Source: Nitrosopumilaceae archaeon (GTDB taxonomy: Archaea; Thermoproteota; Nitrososphaeria; Nitrososphaerales; Nitrosopumilaceae). From it: a stretch of DNA of 64,000 nucleotides. Positions within the stretch are counted from its first letter, which is position 1. Each line of letters opens with the position of its first letter. The notes below the pieces were generated by a model. That model was not told the origin of the DNA, did no database searches, and was given only the letters and a program-made list of their open reading frames with translations. Made by a program: the position numbers and the translations under genes. Below, piece after piece: positions 1 through 8,889 of this stretch. The stretch lies in contig CBDBCR010000001.1 of assembly GCA_965203465.1 (NCBI GenBank), positions 224,001 to 288,000 on the forward strand. Direction: 5' to 3'.

Positions 1-1
1 G

Positions 2-127
2 GTTTTGATAAACGGCTTGCGTCTGGCAGAACTCATGGAAAAGCACGGCGTGGGCGTTTCCGAAAAAGACTCTATAACCATAAACAAGATCGACCAAGAC
101 TATTTCGAGCAGTACAAGGACGACTGA
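2..127 (+). CDS. mrr: C-terminal end of Mrr-family (type IV) restriction endonuclease, 5'-partial
   Basis: Manual translation VLINGLRLAELMEKHGVGVSEKDSITINKIDQDYFEQYKDD* matches the typical Mrr C-terminus (LIDG..LA.LM..GVGV...K.D.DYF). Confidence 0.75.
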   Translation, partial: VLINGLRLAELMEKHGVGVSEKDSITINKIDQDYFEQYKDD

Positions 128-320
128 GCCCGCGCCGCCCACCGGCCCATCTGCCGGCGGCCCGGAAACCGGAGCGGCCGACCGGGCGAGTGGCGCCCTA
201 GTTCGCTAGGCACCCTGCACGGCAGGCGCCCGGGGAATTCTACGGCCTGCGCGTCAACTGCACCCGCGCCCGCCAGCCGGCGCGGCCGGCTATAAGGCCG
301 GCAAGAGGCGCCGCCGTGGC

Positions 321-1274
321 ATGTTCATATACCCCGCCGTCCCTAAGACGCCGGTGGAGCAGCTCAACCGCACGTGCACGGGCAAGTGCAAAAAGTACCG
401 GGTCAAAAAGCCGTCTGTGGGCAGCAGGTACGGTGCCGGCCACGCCCGGTGCCAGATCTGCGACGTCTGGATAGACCACCGGGGCGGGCACCTCAAGGAC
501 GGCTCGCCGGCTAGCGCGGACTCGTCGGGCTGGTTCTGCAACTGCTGCAACTACAAGGTGCGCCGCAGCCCGCGCAACATCGAGTACAAGGCCAAGATAC
601 GCACCGCCGTGCAGGGCTCGGGGCCGGCCCGCCGCGGCCGCGTCGACCTCGAATACTTTAACAAGCGGCGCGCGCGCATGCTGCGCGGCATCGGCGAGGC
701 GCTGGCCCTCTCGCGCATATCCGAGGGCGCCCCGGAGGACATGCTGCCGGCCGGCATGACCTCCGAGGAGATCGCCGCCGAGTTCGAGACGAGCATGGAC
801 GAGCTGATCGCGCTCGCAAAGTCCGACTCCCCCAACAAGGCATCGCTGATAGCCGAGCTGGAAAGGTGCCGTTACAAGATACGCCTGGTCCCGACAAAGG
901 AGGAGATGGCCGCCGACTCCAAGTTCACCATGGAGCAGTACGAGGCAGAGTTCCAGTCTTGGGAGCACCTGCTAGACAGGCTCGACTACGACCCGTGGTA
1001 CCGCGACCGAATGAGCACGGCCGTGCCCATGTGCGGCATGGTGGACGAGCTGCGCCCCGACGAATCCGGGGCGGAGAGGACCGGCAGGCTCGTCTCCGAG
1101 GCGCTCGGCATTCTCCGGGAGGGCAGCCTGCGCTCGTCGGAGCTGCGCGACCGGCTGGGCATAACCGGCTACGAGATGGCCCACCTGGAGCTGGCGCTCG
1201 CCCGGGCAAAGGGCGTCTCGTGCAAAAAGACGCGCCGCAGCGGCTCGACCGAGACGGTCTTTTCGTGCGGGTAG
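321..1274 (+). CDS. Zn-ribbon + homing-endonuclease-associated repeat + C-terminal winged-helix protein
   Basis: CxxxC, CQIC and CNCC clusters at the N-terminus; LIAELERC...PTKEEM...F...QYEAEFQSWEHLL resembles the HNH-associated repeat; SSELRDRLGIT is HTH-like; TATAA at ~291. Confidence 0.6.
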   Translation: MFIYPAVPKTPVEQLNRTCTGKCKKYRVKKPSVGSRYGAGHARCQICDVWIDHRGGHLKDGSPASADSSGWFCNCCNYKVRRSPRNIEYKAKIRTAVQGSGPARRGRVDLEYFNKRRARMLRGIGEALALSRISEGAPEDMLPAGMTSEEIAAEFETSMDELIALAKSDSPNKASLIAELERCRYKIRLVPTKEEMAADSKFTMEQYEAEFQSWEHLLDRLDYDPWYRDRMSTAVPMCGMVDELRPDESGAERTGRLVSEALGILREGSLRSSELRDRLGITGYEMAHLELALARAKGVSCKKTRRSGSTETVFSCG

Positions 1275-1316
1275 CCCGGGCAATGGTTTAAACGGCCCCG
1301 CCCGCCGGCGCCCCCC

Positions 1317-1841
1317 GTGAAGGTGGCCGTAGTCTCTGCTAGCCCGAGGCCCGGATCCGTAACCCAGCACATGATGAGGCTGGCCCACGAGCGCGCCTCC
1401 GGGCGGGAGGACTCTTCGTTCATCAACCTGGCCGAGATCAGGATGGACTGCTTCCGGGGCCACGGCGAGCAGTACGGCGAGCAGACCCTCCGGGCCGCAA
1501 AGACCATGACCGAGGCCGACGTCTGGCTGATAGGCACGCCCGTCTACAACTCGTTCTTCAGCGGCGCCCTGAAGAACCTGGCCGAATACCTAGACTACAA
1601 AAAGACCCCGGGCAAGACCGCCGGCCTGGCCATAATGGCGTCGGGCCAGATAGGCTTTACCAACGTGCAGACGCTGCTGACCCAGATGATGTCGTACTTT
1701 GGCGCCGTCACCAACCCCAAGGCGGTGTTCATGACCGCTGACAGCGTAAGGGACGGGCGCGTCGCCGACGAGGACGCGCGCCGCAGAATGGAGGAACTGG
1801 TCGATTCGACGCTGTCGCTGGCCTACAAGGTCGGGGCGTAG
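1317..1841 (+). CDS. NADPH-dependent FMN reductase
   Basis: VSASPRPGSVT and GTPVYNSFFSGALKN motifs; TTTAAA ~28 bp upstream. Confidence 0.9.
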   Translation: MKVAVVSASPRPGSVTQHMMRLAHERASGREDSSFINLAEIRMDCFRGHGEQYGEQTLRAAKTMTEADVWLIGTPVYNSFFSGALKNLAEYLDYKKTPGKTAGLAIMASGQIGFTNVQTLLTQMMSYFGAVTNPKAVFMTADSVRDGRVADEDARRRMEELVDSTLSLAYKVGA

Positions 1842-2197
1842 ACGAACTTGTACACCCTTACGGTATAGTCGCCTTCGAATATGGCCGTGCGCTGCCCGTC
1901 GGTCACGTCTAGCACCCTGAAGCGGTGCTCGTAGCTGCCGTCTTTAGACACCTCGACCTGCGCGAAATGGACAGGCTCGCCCCCGGAACCGTAGATCTGT
2001 ATTATCACCGGGTATCCGTCGGCGTGGCCGGCCACGGCCCCCTCCACGAACGCCCACGGCAGGGCGTTGCCCTCCGGCACGCTCATGGAGATCTCCGACA
2101 CCACGGCCTCGACGCCGCCCTCGCCCAGCTGGGCGTAGGCGGGGTACAGCGCCGCGCATGCCAGCAGGGCGCACGCAGCGGCCAGCCTGCCTCTCAT
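1823..2197 (-). CDS. Secreted hypothetical protein
   Basis: Signal peptide (LAAACALLACAALYPAYA) and Ig-like beta-rich body. Confidence 0.7.
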   Translation of the reverse strand: MRGRLAAACALLACAALYPAYAQLGEGGVEAVVSEISMSVPEGNALPWAFVEGAVAGHADGYPVIIQIYGSGGEPVHFAQVEVSKDGSYEHRFRVLDVTDGQRTAIFEGDYTVRVYKFVYAPTL

Positions 2198-2246
2198 GGG
2201 CGGCTTCTCGCGCACCAGATATTAAAGGAATGCGGAACGGCTGCAC

Positions 2247-2333
2247 GTGGAGTGCGGCTGCAAATGCCACTACGGGGGGGCCGTCAGCTGCCCCTCGTGC
2301 AAGGGGCGCCACGGCCAGGCCTGCTGCCACTAG
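2247..2333 (+). CDS. 28-aa Cys/His-rich peptide (metallothionein-like / Zn-binding), below the ORF-track cutoff
   Basis: GTG start, (M)ECGCKCHYGGAVSCPSCKGRHGQACCH*; ATATTAAA ~25 bp upstream; stop shares CTAG with the convergent gene. Confidence 0.55.
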   Translation: MECGCKCHYGGAVSCPSCKGRHGQACCH

Positions 2334-2737
2334 GCCTTTGCCATCGCCTTCAGGTCTGCTATCTCGGCGCGCAGCGCCTCTATCTGCACGCGCGTCTCGA
2401 GCTTGGAGACCTGCCCGCGCAGCCTCTCTATCTCGTCGTCCTTTACCTTGACGCTCGCGCGCAGCGAATCCAGCTCCGAAGAGAGCTGCGCCTTTGCGGT
2501 GTCTAGCTGCTCAGAGCTTTTTTTTTCCGGCTCGCGCGGCGAGTTCTTTTTTACGTAGTCGGCGCTCTTTTGCGCCAGCCAGCAGGTCAGCGCCATGAAC
2601 CAGGCGATGGGCACGGCCATGAGGAATATGAAGTCGAGCAGGCCCGTCCAGCCGGCAAACCACGGCCACAGGCCCGTTAGCACCGCGGCGAACGCGGCCG
2701 TCGAGACGGTCGCCAAGTGGTTGCGCATGTACCCCAC
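2330..2737 (-). CDS. Two-TM membrane protein with C-terminal coiled coil
   Basis: Two hydrophobic segments followed by a heptad-rich tail; TTATAAA upstream. Confidence 0.75.
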   Translation of the reverse strand: MGYMRNHLATVSTAAFAAVLTGLWPWFAGWTGLLDFIFLMAVPIAWFMALTCWLAQKSADYVKKNSPREPEKKSSEQLDTAKAQLSSELDSLRASVKVKDDEIERLRGQVSKLETRVQIEALRAEIADLKAMAKA

Positions 2738-2792
2738 AGCCGGGGCCCGGCGGGGGCGTTTTATAATGGTAGTGAAAAAATGGGGCGGGGGC

Positions 2793-3032
2793 CTAGGCCC
2801 CGACTCGCGGCTCCAGCATCTTTTCCCGCGCGCCCTCGTTGGCCGCGTCTATGGCCTGCAGTATCCGTATCTTTTCGAGCAGCTCGTTGCGCAGGTCGCG
2901 GGCCACCCTGCGGACGGTGGGCCGGGGCACGCCGAGCTCGTCTACTACTTTCTGGTAAATGTCCTTCTTGTCGGTCACGCCCTTGTCCATGCACGAGTTG
3001 ATTGCCTCCTTTATCACCGTGGTCTGGTTCAT
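2793..3032 (-). CDS. Small HTH-like hypothetical protein
   Basis: DIYQKVVDELGVPRPTVRRV is HTH-like; AT-rich promoter at 3061-3078. Confidence 0.7.
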   Translation of the reverse strand: MNQTTVIKEAINSCMDKGVTDKKDIYQKVVDELGVPRPTVRRVARDLRNELLEKIRILQAIDAANEGAREKMLEPRVGA

Positions 3033-3231
3033 GTGCTCCACGACGATGCGTCTTGGATCGTTCTATATATTGTTATAACCGCGCGGGATTTTTGCCAGCG
3101 CCGGCCCCGCGCGGGATCCGCCGCGCCGCAAACGCGCGCCTTTGCGGCGGAATCCGCGCGCGCGGCCCCGTTCTGCCGGGCGCGGGCCGCGCTTCACAAG
3201 GTTCTTAACGAGGGCGCCGGGCCGGCGCGCG

Positions 3232-3705
3232 GTGATCACGCTGGAGACGGCCATGGGCGCCATCGAGATAAGGACGCTGCCCGAGGCGGCCCCCGAGACG
3301 GTGCGCAACTTTGAAAAGCTTGCAGGCTCGGGGTTTTACGACGGCACGCTCTTCCACCGCGTGATACCCGGCTTCATGATACAGGGCGGCGATCCCAACA
3401 CGCGCGGCGGCCCAAAGTCCACTTGGGGGACCGGCGGGCCGGGCTACTCTGTAAAGGCCGAGTTTAACTCCATACCGCACAAGCGCGGCGCCGTGTCCAT
3501 GGCGCGCTCGGCCGACCCGGACAGCGCCGGCTCGCAGTTTTTCATAGTCGTGGCAGACAGCCCGTTCCTCGACGGCAAGTACACCGCGTTCGGCCAAGTG
3601 GCCTCGGGGATGGAGGCGGCAGACCGCATAGTCTCGCTAGAGCGCGATTCCAACGACTGCCCCCTGCGTGAGGCCAAGATACTAAAGGCGAGCGTGTCCG
3701 GCTAG
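3232..3705 (+). CDS. Cyclophilin-type peptidyl-prolyl cis-trans isomerase
   Basis: FYDGTLFHRVIPGFMIQGGDP, SAGSQFFI, LDGKYTAFGQV. Confidence 0.95.
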   Translation: MITLETAMGAIEIRTLPEAAPETVRNFEKLAGSGFYDGTLFHRVIPGFMIQGGDPNTRGGPKSTWGTGGPGYSVKAEFNSIPHKRGAVSMARSADPDSAGSQFFIVVADSPFLDGKYTAFGQVASGMEAADRIVSLERDSNDCPLREAKILKASVSG

Positions 3706-4569
3706 TTGATCGCCCTGGCGCTGGCCCTGCTGGCCCTGCCGGCGGCCTCGGCGCAGCTCTCGATAGGCGAGCCGGCCCTGCAGGATTCGATCACGATAGA
3801 GGTGGGCCGCGGCTCGTCCTCGGTCACGCACGCCGTCTCGGGGGCCGACGGGCCCGTCCAGCTGGACCTGGTGGAGGGGCAGCGCGGCGAGATCGAGGCG
3901 AGCTCGGGCGGCCGGCCCCTCGAGCACGCCGAGGTCTCGGGCTCGGAGAGCATCGTGGTGTTTCCGGGGGGGCGCGACTTTGAGGTCTCGTACCAGATAA
4001 GCGGCGCGCCCGTCTTAGAGGACGGGCTGTGGACGTGGGACTTTTTCTACCCCGAATCGACGGCGTTCCTGTTCGAGGACGGCGTGGAGATGGTGTTCGT
4101 CAACGGCACGCCCGTCGAGCTGCCCGAGGGCGTGGCCGGCATAAACTGCCACGGCTGCCAGATGGTCCTAGAGTACTTTGAGGACCAGCGCGGGCGCGCA
4201 TCGACCGTCTCGTGGGAGGGGCGCGAGTTCGAGGTGGGCGTCGTCTCCAACGACGACATAGAATCGCTCATGTTCGACCAGCCCTCAAAGAGCCTCGGGT
4301 TCGAGGCGACCAAGGCGGGCGCGTACACCGTGCTCGTGATACCCAAGGCGCTGCTCTGGCCTCCGTACGACGCGTACCTGGACGGCGAGAGGATGCTCGA
4401 CCAGGAGAACATCTCGGACGAGGGACGCGTCTGGCTGGTGCTCCGCCCCGAGTCGGCCGGCACGGTCACGGTGATCGGGACCACGGTGGTGCCCGAGTTT
4501 TCCGCGCTGGCGCTGCCGCTTGCAGCCGGCTTCGGCGCGGCGGCGGCCGCCAGGCTCATTCGCCGCTAG
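3706..4569 (+). CDS. Secreted/membrane-anchored protein with PEF(G)-CTERM-like tail
   Basis: Signal peptide; C-terminal VPEF + TM helix + RR; internal CHGC. Confidence 0.75.
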   Translation: MIALALALLALPAASAQLSIGEPALQDSITIEVGRGSSSVTHAVSGADGPVQLDLVEGQRGEIEASSGGRPLEHAEVSGSESIVVFPGGRDFEVSYQISGAPVLEDGLWTWDFFYPESTAFLFEDGVEMVFVNGTPVELPEGVAGINCHGCQMVLEYFEDQRGRASTVSWEGREFEVGVVSNDDIESLMFDQPSKSLGFEATKAGAYTVLVIPKALLWPPYDAYLDGERMLDQENISDEGRVWLVLRPESAGTVTVIGTTVVPEFSALALPLAAGFGAAAAARLIRR

Positions 4570-4699
4570 CGCCGCACGAGCACATGCCGTACTCGTCTAT
4601 GCGGGAATCGCACAGGCCGCACTTTTCGCCGTACTCGACCTCCCAGGGCTCCTTGCCGTACATGCGGTAGTGGTCGTCTATCTCCCGGGGGATCTCCAC
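4556..4699 (-). CDS. 47-aa Zn-finger-like small protein (missed by ORF track)
   Basis: Manual translation (M)EIPREIDDHYRMYGKEPWEVEYGEKCGLCDSRIDEYGMCSCGASGE*; host-like codon usage; AT-rich divergent promoter at 4709-4730. Confidence 0.7.
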   Translation of the reverse strand: MEIPREIDDHYRMYGKEPWEVEYGEKCGLCDSRIDEYGMCSCGASGE

Positions 4700-4738
4700 G
4701 CGGCAGGGTACATATTGTCATATTTCAAGATTGGCGGC

Positions 4739-4921
4739 GTGGAGTGCGGGTGCCGGTGCGTAAGGTGCGGCGCCGCCGAGCTGGAATCGCGGCGCACGGG
4801 CCCCGACGAAAAGGACGGGTATTTCGACAGGCACCACACGTGCCGCCTGTGCGGCTGCCACTTTGATCACTTGGACGGGACCGTCTTCGAGCAGTGCGTC
4901 AGGTGCAGGCATCCTGCCTGA
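4739..4921 (+). CDS. 60-aa Cys-rich Zn-binding small protein
   Basis: GTG start; CGCRCVRC...HHTCRLCGCHFDH...CVRC. Confidence 0.7.
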   Translation: MECGCRCVRCGAAELESRRTGPDEKDGYFDRHHTCRLCGCHFDHLDGTVFEQCVRCRHPA

Positions 4922-5300
4922 CGTAGCCGCCCGAGCCCCTGCAGAGGCGGCGCGACATGGCCATCCTGGCCAGGCCGCGCGAGACGTCCAGCGGGCTCGC
5001 GGCCCAGCCGGCCCCGCGCAGCTGCTCGACGGTCTCGGCTACGGTGCGCGGCCGCTCAAAGAACCCGCCGCCCTCCAGCGATTCCAGGCGCGGGCCCAGC
5101 TGCCCGCCCTTTACGGGGACGGGCTCGAACTCGGGCTCGCGCACCTCGGCGTCGTCGAGCGGCTCGAGCACGCGCATGGACGGCTTTAGGTAGCCGGAGA
5201 TCTCGGCTATCATCCGCCCCGCCGTCTCGTTGTCGATGTGCAGGTCGCGCGAGTCGATCTCGACCTCGGCGCTGCCGGCCCTCACGCGTATCCTCGCCAT
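4899..5300 (-). CDS. Hypothetical protein with C-terminal winged-helix-like region
   Basis: FFERPRTVAETVEQLRGAGW...VSRGLARM pattern. Confidence 0.65.
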   Translation of the reverse strand: MARIRVRAGSAEVEIDSRDLHIDNETAGRMIAEISGYLKPSMRVLEPLDDAEVREPEFEPVPVKGGQLGPRLESLEGGGFFERPRTVAETVEQLRGAGWAASPLDVSRGLARMAMSRRLCRGSGGYVRQDACT

Positions 5301-5411
5301 GGCATACTGACGCGGCGCCCGCATTTATCCTGTCTTGTCTCTTGTTTTTGGCACGGGGTCAAGATTTTTTGAGCCGCGGGGGGTTAAAAGCCGCCTCGGC
5401 GAGCCGTACCC

Positions 5412-5843
5412 GTGAGGCGAAGGGCCAAGATCGGGCTTGCGGTGCTGCTAGTGGGGCTGGCAGGCGTGGGGTACTGGCAGTACGCCATGGCCACGCAGCT
5501 GTCCGTCTCGGTGGCCGGCACCGAAAAGCAGGGCTCCGACTACGACCTACAGCTGCGCCTGGACAACCCGTCGCTGCTGTACCTGACGGCCGGCGAGACC
5601 GAGTTCGTGGTTCTGGCAGACGGGCTGCCCGTCGGCAGCGGCACGCTCTCTCCGTTCGTGCTGCCGGCCCTGGATTCTGCCACGGTGGACGGCACGTTCC
5701 GCACCGAGCACTCGGGCGCGCCCGGCTCTGAGATCAAGATAAGCGGCACCACCAAATACAACCTCCTGTTCACCTCCGTCGAGGTGCCCTTCGTGCTGTA
5801 CCCGACCGCCGAGCAGGCAAGCCCATTTATAGATTCGACCTGA
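5412..5843 (+). CDS. Membrane-anchored LEA-2-like hypothetical protein
   Basis: N-terminal TM; LRLDNPS beta-sandwich motif. Confidence 0.65.
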   Translation: MRRRAKIGLAVLLVGLAGVGYWQYAMATQLSVSVAGTEKQGSDYDLQLRLDNPSLLYLTAGETEFVVLADGLPVGSGTLSPFVLPALDSATVDGTFRTEHSGAPGSEIKISGTTKYNLLFTSVEVPFVLYPTAEQASPFIDST

Positions 5844-5854
5844 GAGAGCCCTCC

Positions 5855-6751
5855 GTGCTGACCGTATTCGGCTCCGTCGCGCTGGACACCATACGCACCA
5901 AAAAGCGCACGGTGCGCGGGGCCCTCGGCGGGGCCGCCTCGTTCGCGGCGGTCTCTTCCTCGCGCTTTTGCAGGACCGGCCTGGTCGGCGTGGTCGGTAG
6001 CGACTTTCCTTCCAGGTACCGGCGCCTGCTCGCATCGCGCGCGGATCTTGCAGGCCTGGAGGAAAAGAAGGGCAGGACGTTCCGCTACGACGGCGCGTAC
6101 GACGCGGACCTGACATCGCGGCGCGAGCTGAGCACGAAAGCTGGGCGTGCTGGCCGGGTTCTCGCCGGACCTGCCCGAAGAGTACAGGCGCTCCAAATTC
6201 GTGTACCTCGCAAACAACGATCCCGACCAGAACGTGCGGCTGCTCGGGCAGTTCGACCGGGTGCGGTTCTCGGCGTGCGACACCATATCGTACTGGATAT
6301 CGCGCAAGAAAAAGTCGGTCATACGCATGATGTCAAAGACCGACGCGGTCGTCATAAACGACGAGGAGGCGCGCATGCTGACCGGCGAGCACAACCTGCT
6401 GCGGTGCGCCCGGGCGATGCGCAGGTGGGGCGCCGGCCTGATAGTCCTAAAAAAAGGCCGAGCACGGCGCGCTGCTGTTTTACGGCCGCGAGGCGTATCC
6501 GGTACCGGGCATGCCGCTCGAACGGGTTCTGGATCCGACCGGCGCGGGCGACTCGTTTGCCGGCGCCATGATGGGGCACTTGGCCTCGTCAAATTCGGTA
6601 TCCTTGCGGGCGCTGCGCGAGGCCGCGGTGCGCGGTGCGGTCATGGGATCTTTCGCGGTCGAGGGGGCACGGCCTCGCCGGCCTGCTGGGGGCCGACGGG
6701 CGCGCGGTCTGCGCGCGGCTCAAAAAGTACCGCAGGCTGGCGGGGATCTAG
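5855..6751 (+). pseudogene. PfkB-family carbohydrate kinase with three apparent +1 frameshifts
   Basis: GSVALD/GGAASF N-terminus (ORF 5855), middle part in ORF 6147, DPTGAGDSFAG signature in ORF 6511; extra bases at ~6137-6139 (AAA), ~6458-6459 (CC) and ~6663-6667 (G run). Confidence 0.85.
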
Positions 6752-6764
6752 CCGCGGTTGGGCT

Positions 6765-8842
6765 GATTCCGGGATCTCCTTTATCCCGAGCCCGCGAAAG
6801 TACTCGTAGGTGGGATCGTACATGCCCGGCTATGCGCTATTGCCAAACACCTGCTGTCGGCAGCTCGGGTATGAATATCACCATGCCCTGCCTGGCCCTC
6901 GTCAACAAGCACCCTGTACGCGTTCTTTACGGTGCGGCCTCCGCTTTTCCCCCACCCTAAGTTCCATTTGGTTCCTCGGAACTCGCTGTACTCCCATCCG
7001 CCGCCGCGGTACGTGAGGTTGGCGTCCCAAGCCACGCACGCCCAGTCGACTTCGAGCAAACTGCACCGTTAGAATTCGGTGGCCGCGTATTCCAGGCTGT
7101 AGGACGATTACTCGGATCGAAAGCTTGCCGTCAAGGAACCACTTTGATCGCGTCGACTGCGAGGCTCGACGTAGATTCCGTGGGGCCGCAGGCGGTGGGA
7201 CTTGCTGCACGCGACTATGCCGTACCTTTCGGTTCCGCGGGCCCTGTCCCTTAGCCAGGACTTTGCGGCCTCGACGCTGCGGGTCATCACGACTTCGTAT
7301 TCTGCGAGCTTTGGCAGCGTTCGTCCCACGCCGTCCGAATCGCACTCGAGCAGCGAGTTTACGAATCCCGCGACGTGCGGGGTAGCGGAACGACCTGGTC
7401 GGGGTGGGCAGGTGGAGGTCGTTTTCGCGTGTAGACGATGCCTGCTCTGCGCGCCGCCCCACACGTACTGCTGGTCGGGCTGCCGGCATACGGCGCGTAC
7501 GCCTTCCAGTGCGAAGACATGCATTTTACCAGCGCGGAGAACCACCCGCCTAGGCCCACCTCCCCCACGCCGATCTCCTGGCCGCCCCCGACCAGGCACA
7601 CTATGGACGCCCAGCCGTCGCGGCGGTCCATTATGCTGATCATCATCTCGGGCATCGGACATGCCGACGACTTTGCCGTTAACACCTTTGGATTTTTCGT
7701 ACTGGTACTAGCTTTTTTTGGTTCCAAGCGCGCTGCGCTTCGTAAAAAGATTAAATGGCTGTTCAATCTGGAAAACGACAAACGTCGGTTCCGCCGTACT
7801 CAAAATTTGCGGAACGCGTGCACGTGCTGTATGAACGACTCCACGTTCTTCTTTTGGCTGATCTTTGTGTATCCGCGGAACGTCTCCGCCGCGCTTCCCG
7901 TGCCTCTTGCTTTTTTCTCTCCACCGCGTCGCAGTACTGGAGGAAAAGCCTCCTGCAGACACCATGAACACAGGTACTGGTTAAAGCCATGACTTTGAAC
8001 ACGGCGTGCTCGCTGTCCTCGCCGCGCACCCCGCTGGCTATCTCCATGCCTGAACCAGCGTAAATTGCCAGGCGCCGGGCACGCCGGTGATGAAGCATAT
8101 TCAATTTGGTGCCGGCGCGCCTCGAACTCTGTCAGATGATCCTACCTTACAGGAAATGTCCAAATACCGTCCTGTGCAATGTTCTCGCCCTCTGCGTCGT
8201 GCCTTCTGATCTCGCCCACGCCGTGCTTTGCGTACGGGAGGTTGCAGCGGGCCGACTCGATTATCGGTCGGCGTGGGGCAGTATCCCGATCCCTCCCACG
8301 CGCCCGACGTCTACTGGGCTCTGCGTTGACCGACGCCGCCGCCTTTCTGACTATTGCGCCAAGATCTTTTCCGTTGGATCTGAGCGGCTCGGACCAGATG
8401 CCGCGTTTCCCACGACAGGCCGTCGTCGCAGCGGCCCGGCTTTTGTGGACACCAGCACCGGCACGACGGGGGCCCCGCGGCTCCCCACGTGAAAATTCTA
8501 CGAGGCCCAGCGCGTAGTCTGTCACTTGTGTCCAGGCCTGCTTCGGAATGCGACTTTGCCCCGACCTTGAACTCGATCACGAATATGACGCCGGAGTGCA
8601 GCACGATGGCTTTCGATCCTGTTCGGCATTCTCGGCATCGTCAATATTCCAGCAGCACGTGGCCCTACTAGCCCGACCCAGAAGCGCCCTTCAACACGTC
8701 TATCGTCTTATCTTCCACGCGTCGGTCTCGTTGCATCTGTAGGTCGAACGGATGGGCATCGGTCAGCGTCGCCGAGCACCGCGCGCGCGTCGGCCCGCAG
8801 GAAATCCGTGCAAGGCTCGCAGAATAGTACAGCCCTGCCCAT
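6765..8842 (-). pseudogene. DUF2075 (Schlafen group-3-like helicase) family gene, multiply frameshifted
   Basis: Collinear fragments across frames: YYSAS..DFL, VIFVIEFKVG, TDYAL, TRSVEAAKSWLRDRARGTERYGIVA, LEVDWACVAWDA, KNAYRVL, TRARQGMVIFIP, YDPTYEYFRGLGI. Confidence 0.8.
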
Positions 8843-8889
8843 CTTGCCGCGCGCGGCGGTCCCGTATTAAAACATCCTGGCGACGATGC

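Noticed and set aside
160-215. Short hairpins (CCGG-AAA-CCGG; CCTAG-TTCG-CTAGG) after the Mrr stop
   Set aside because: Stems of 4-5 bp in GC-rich DNA are expected by chance; no further support for an ncRNA
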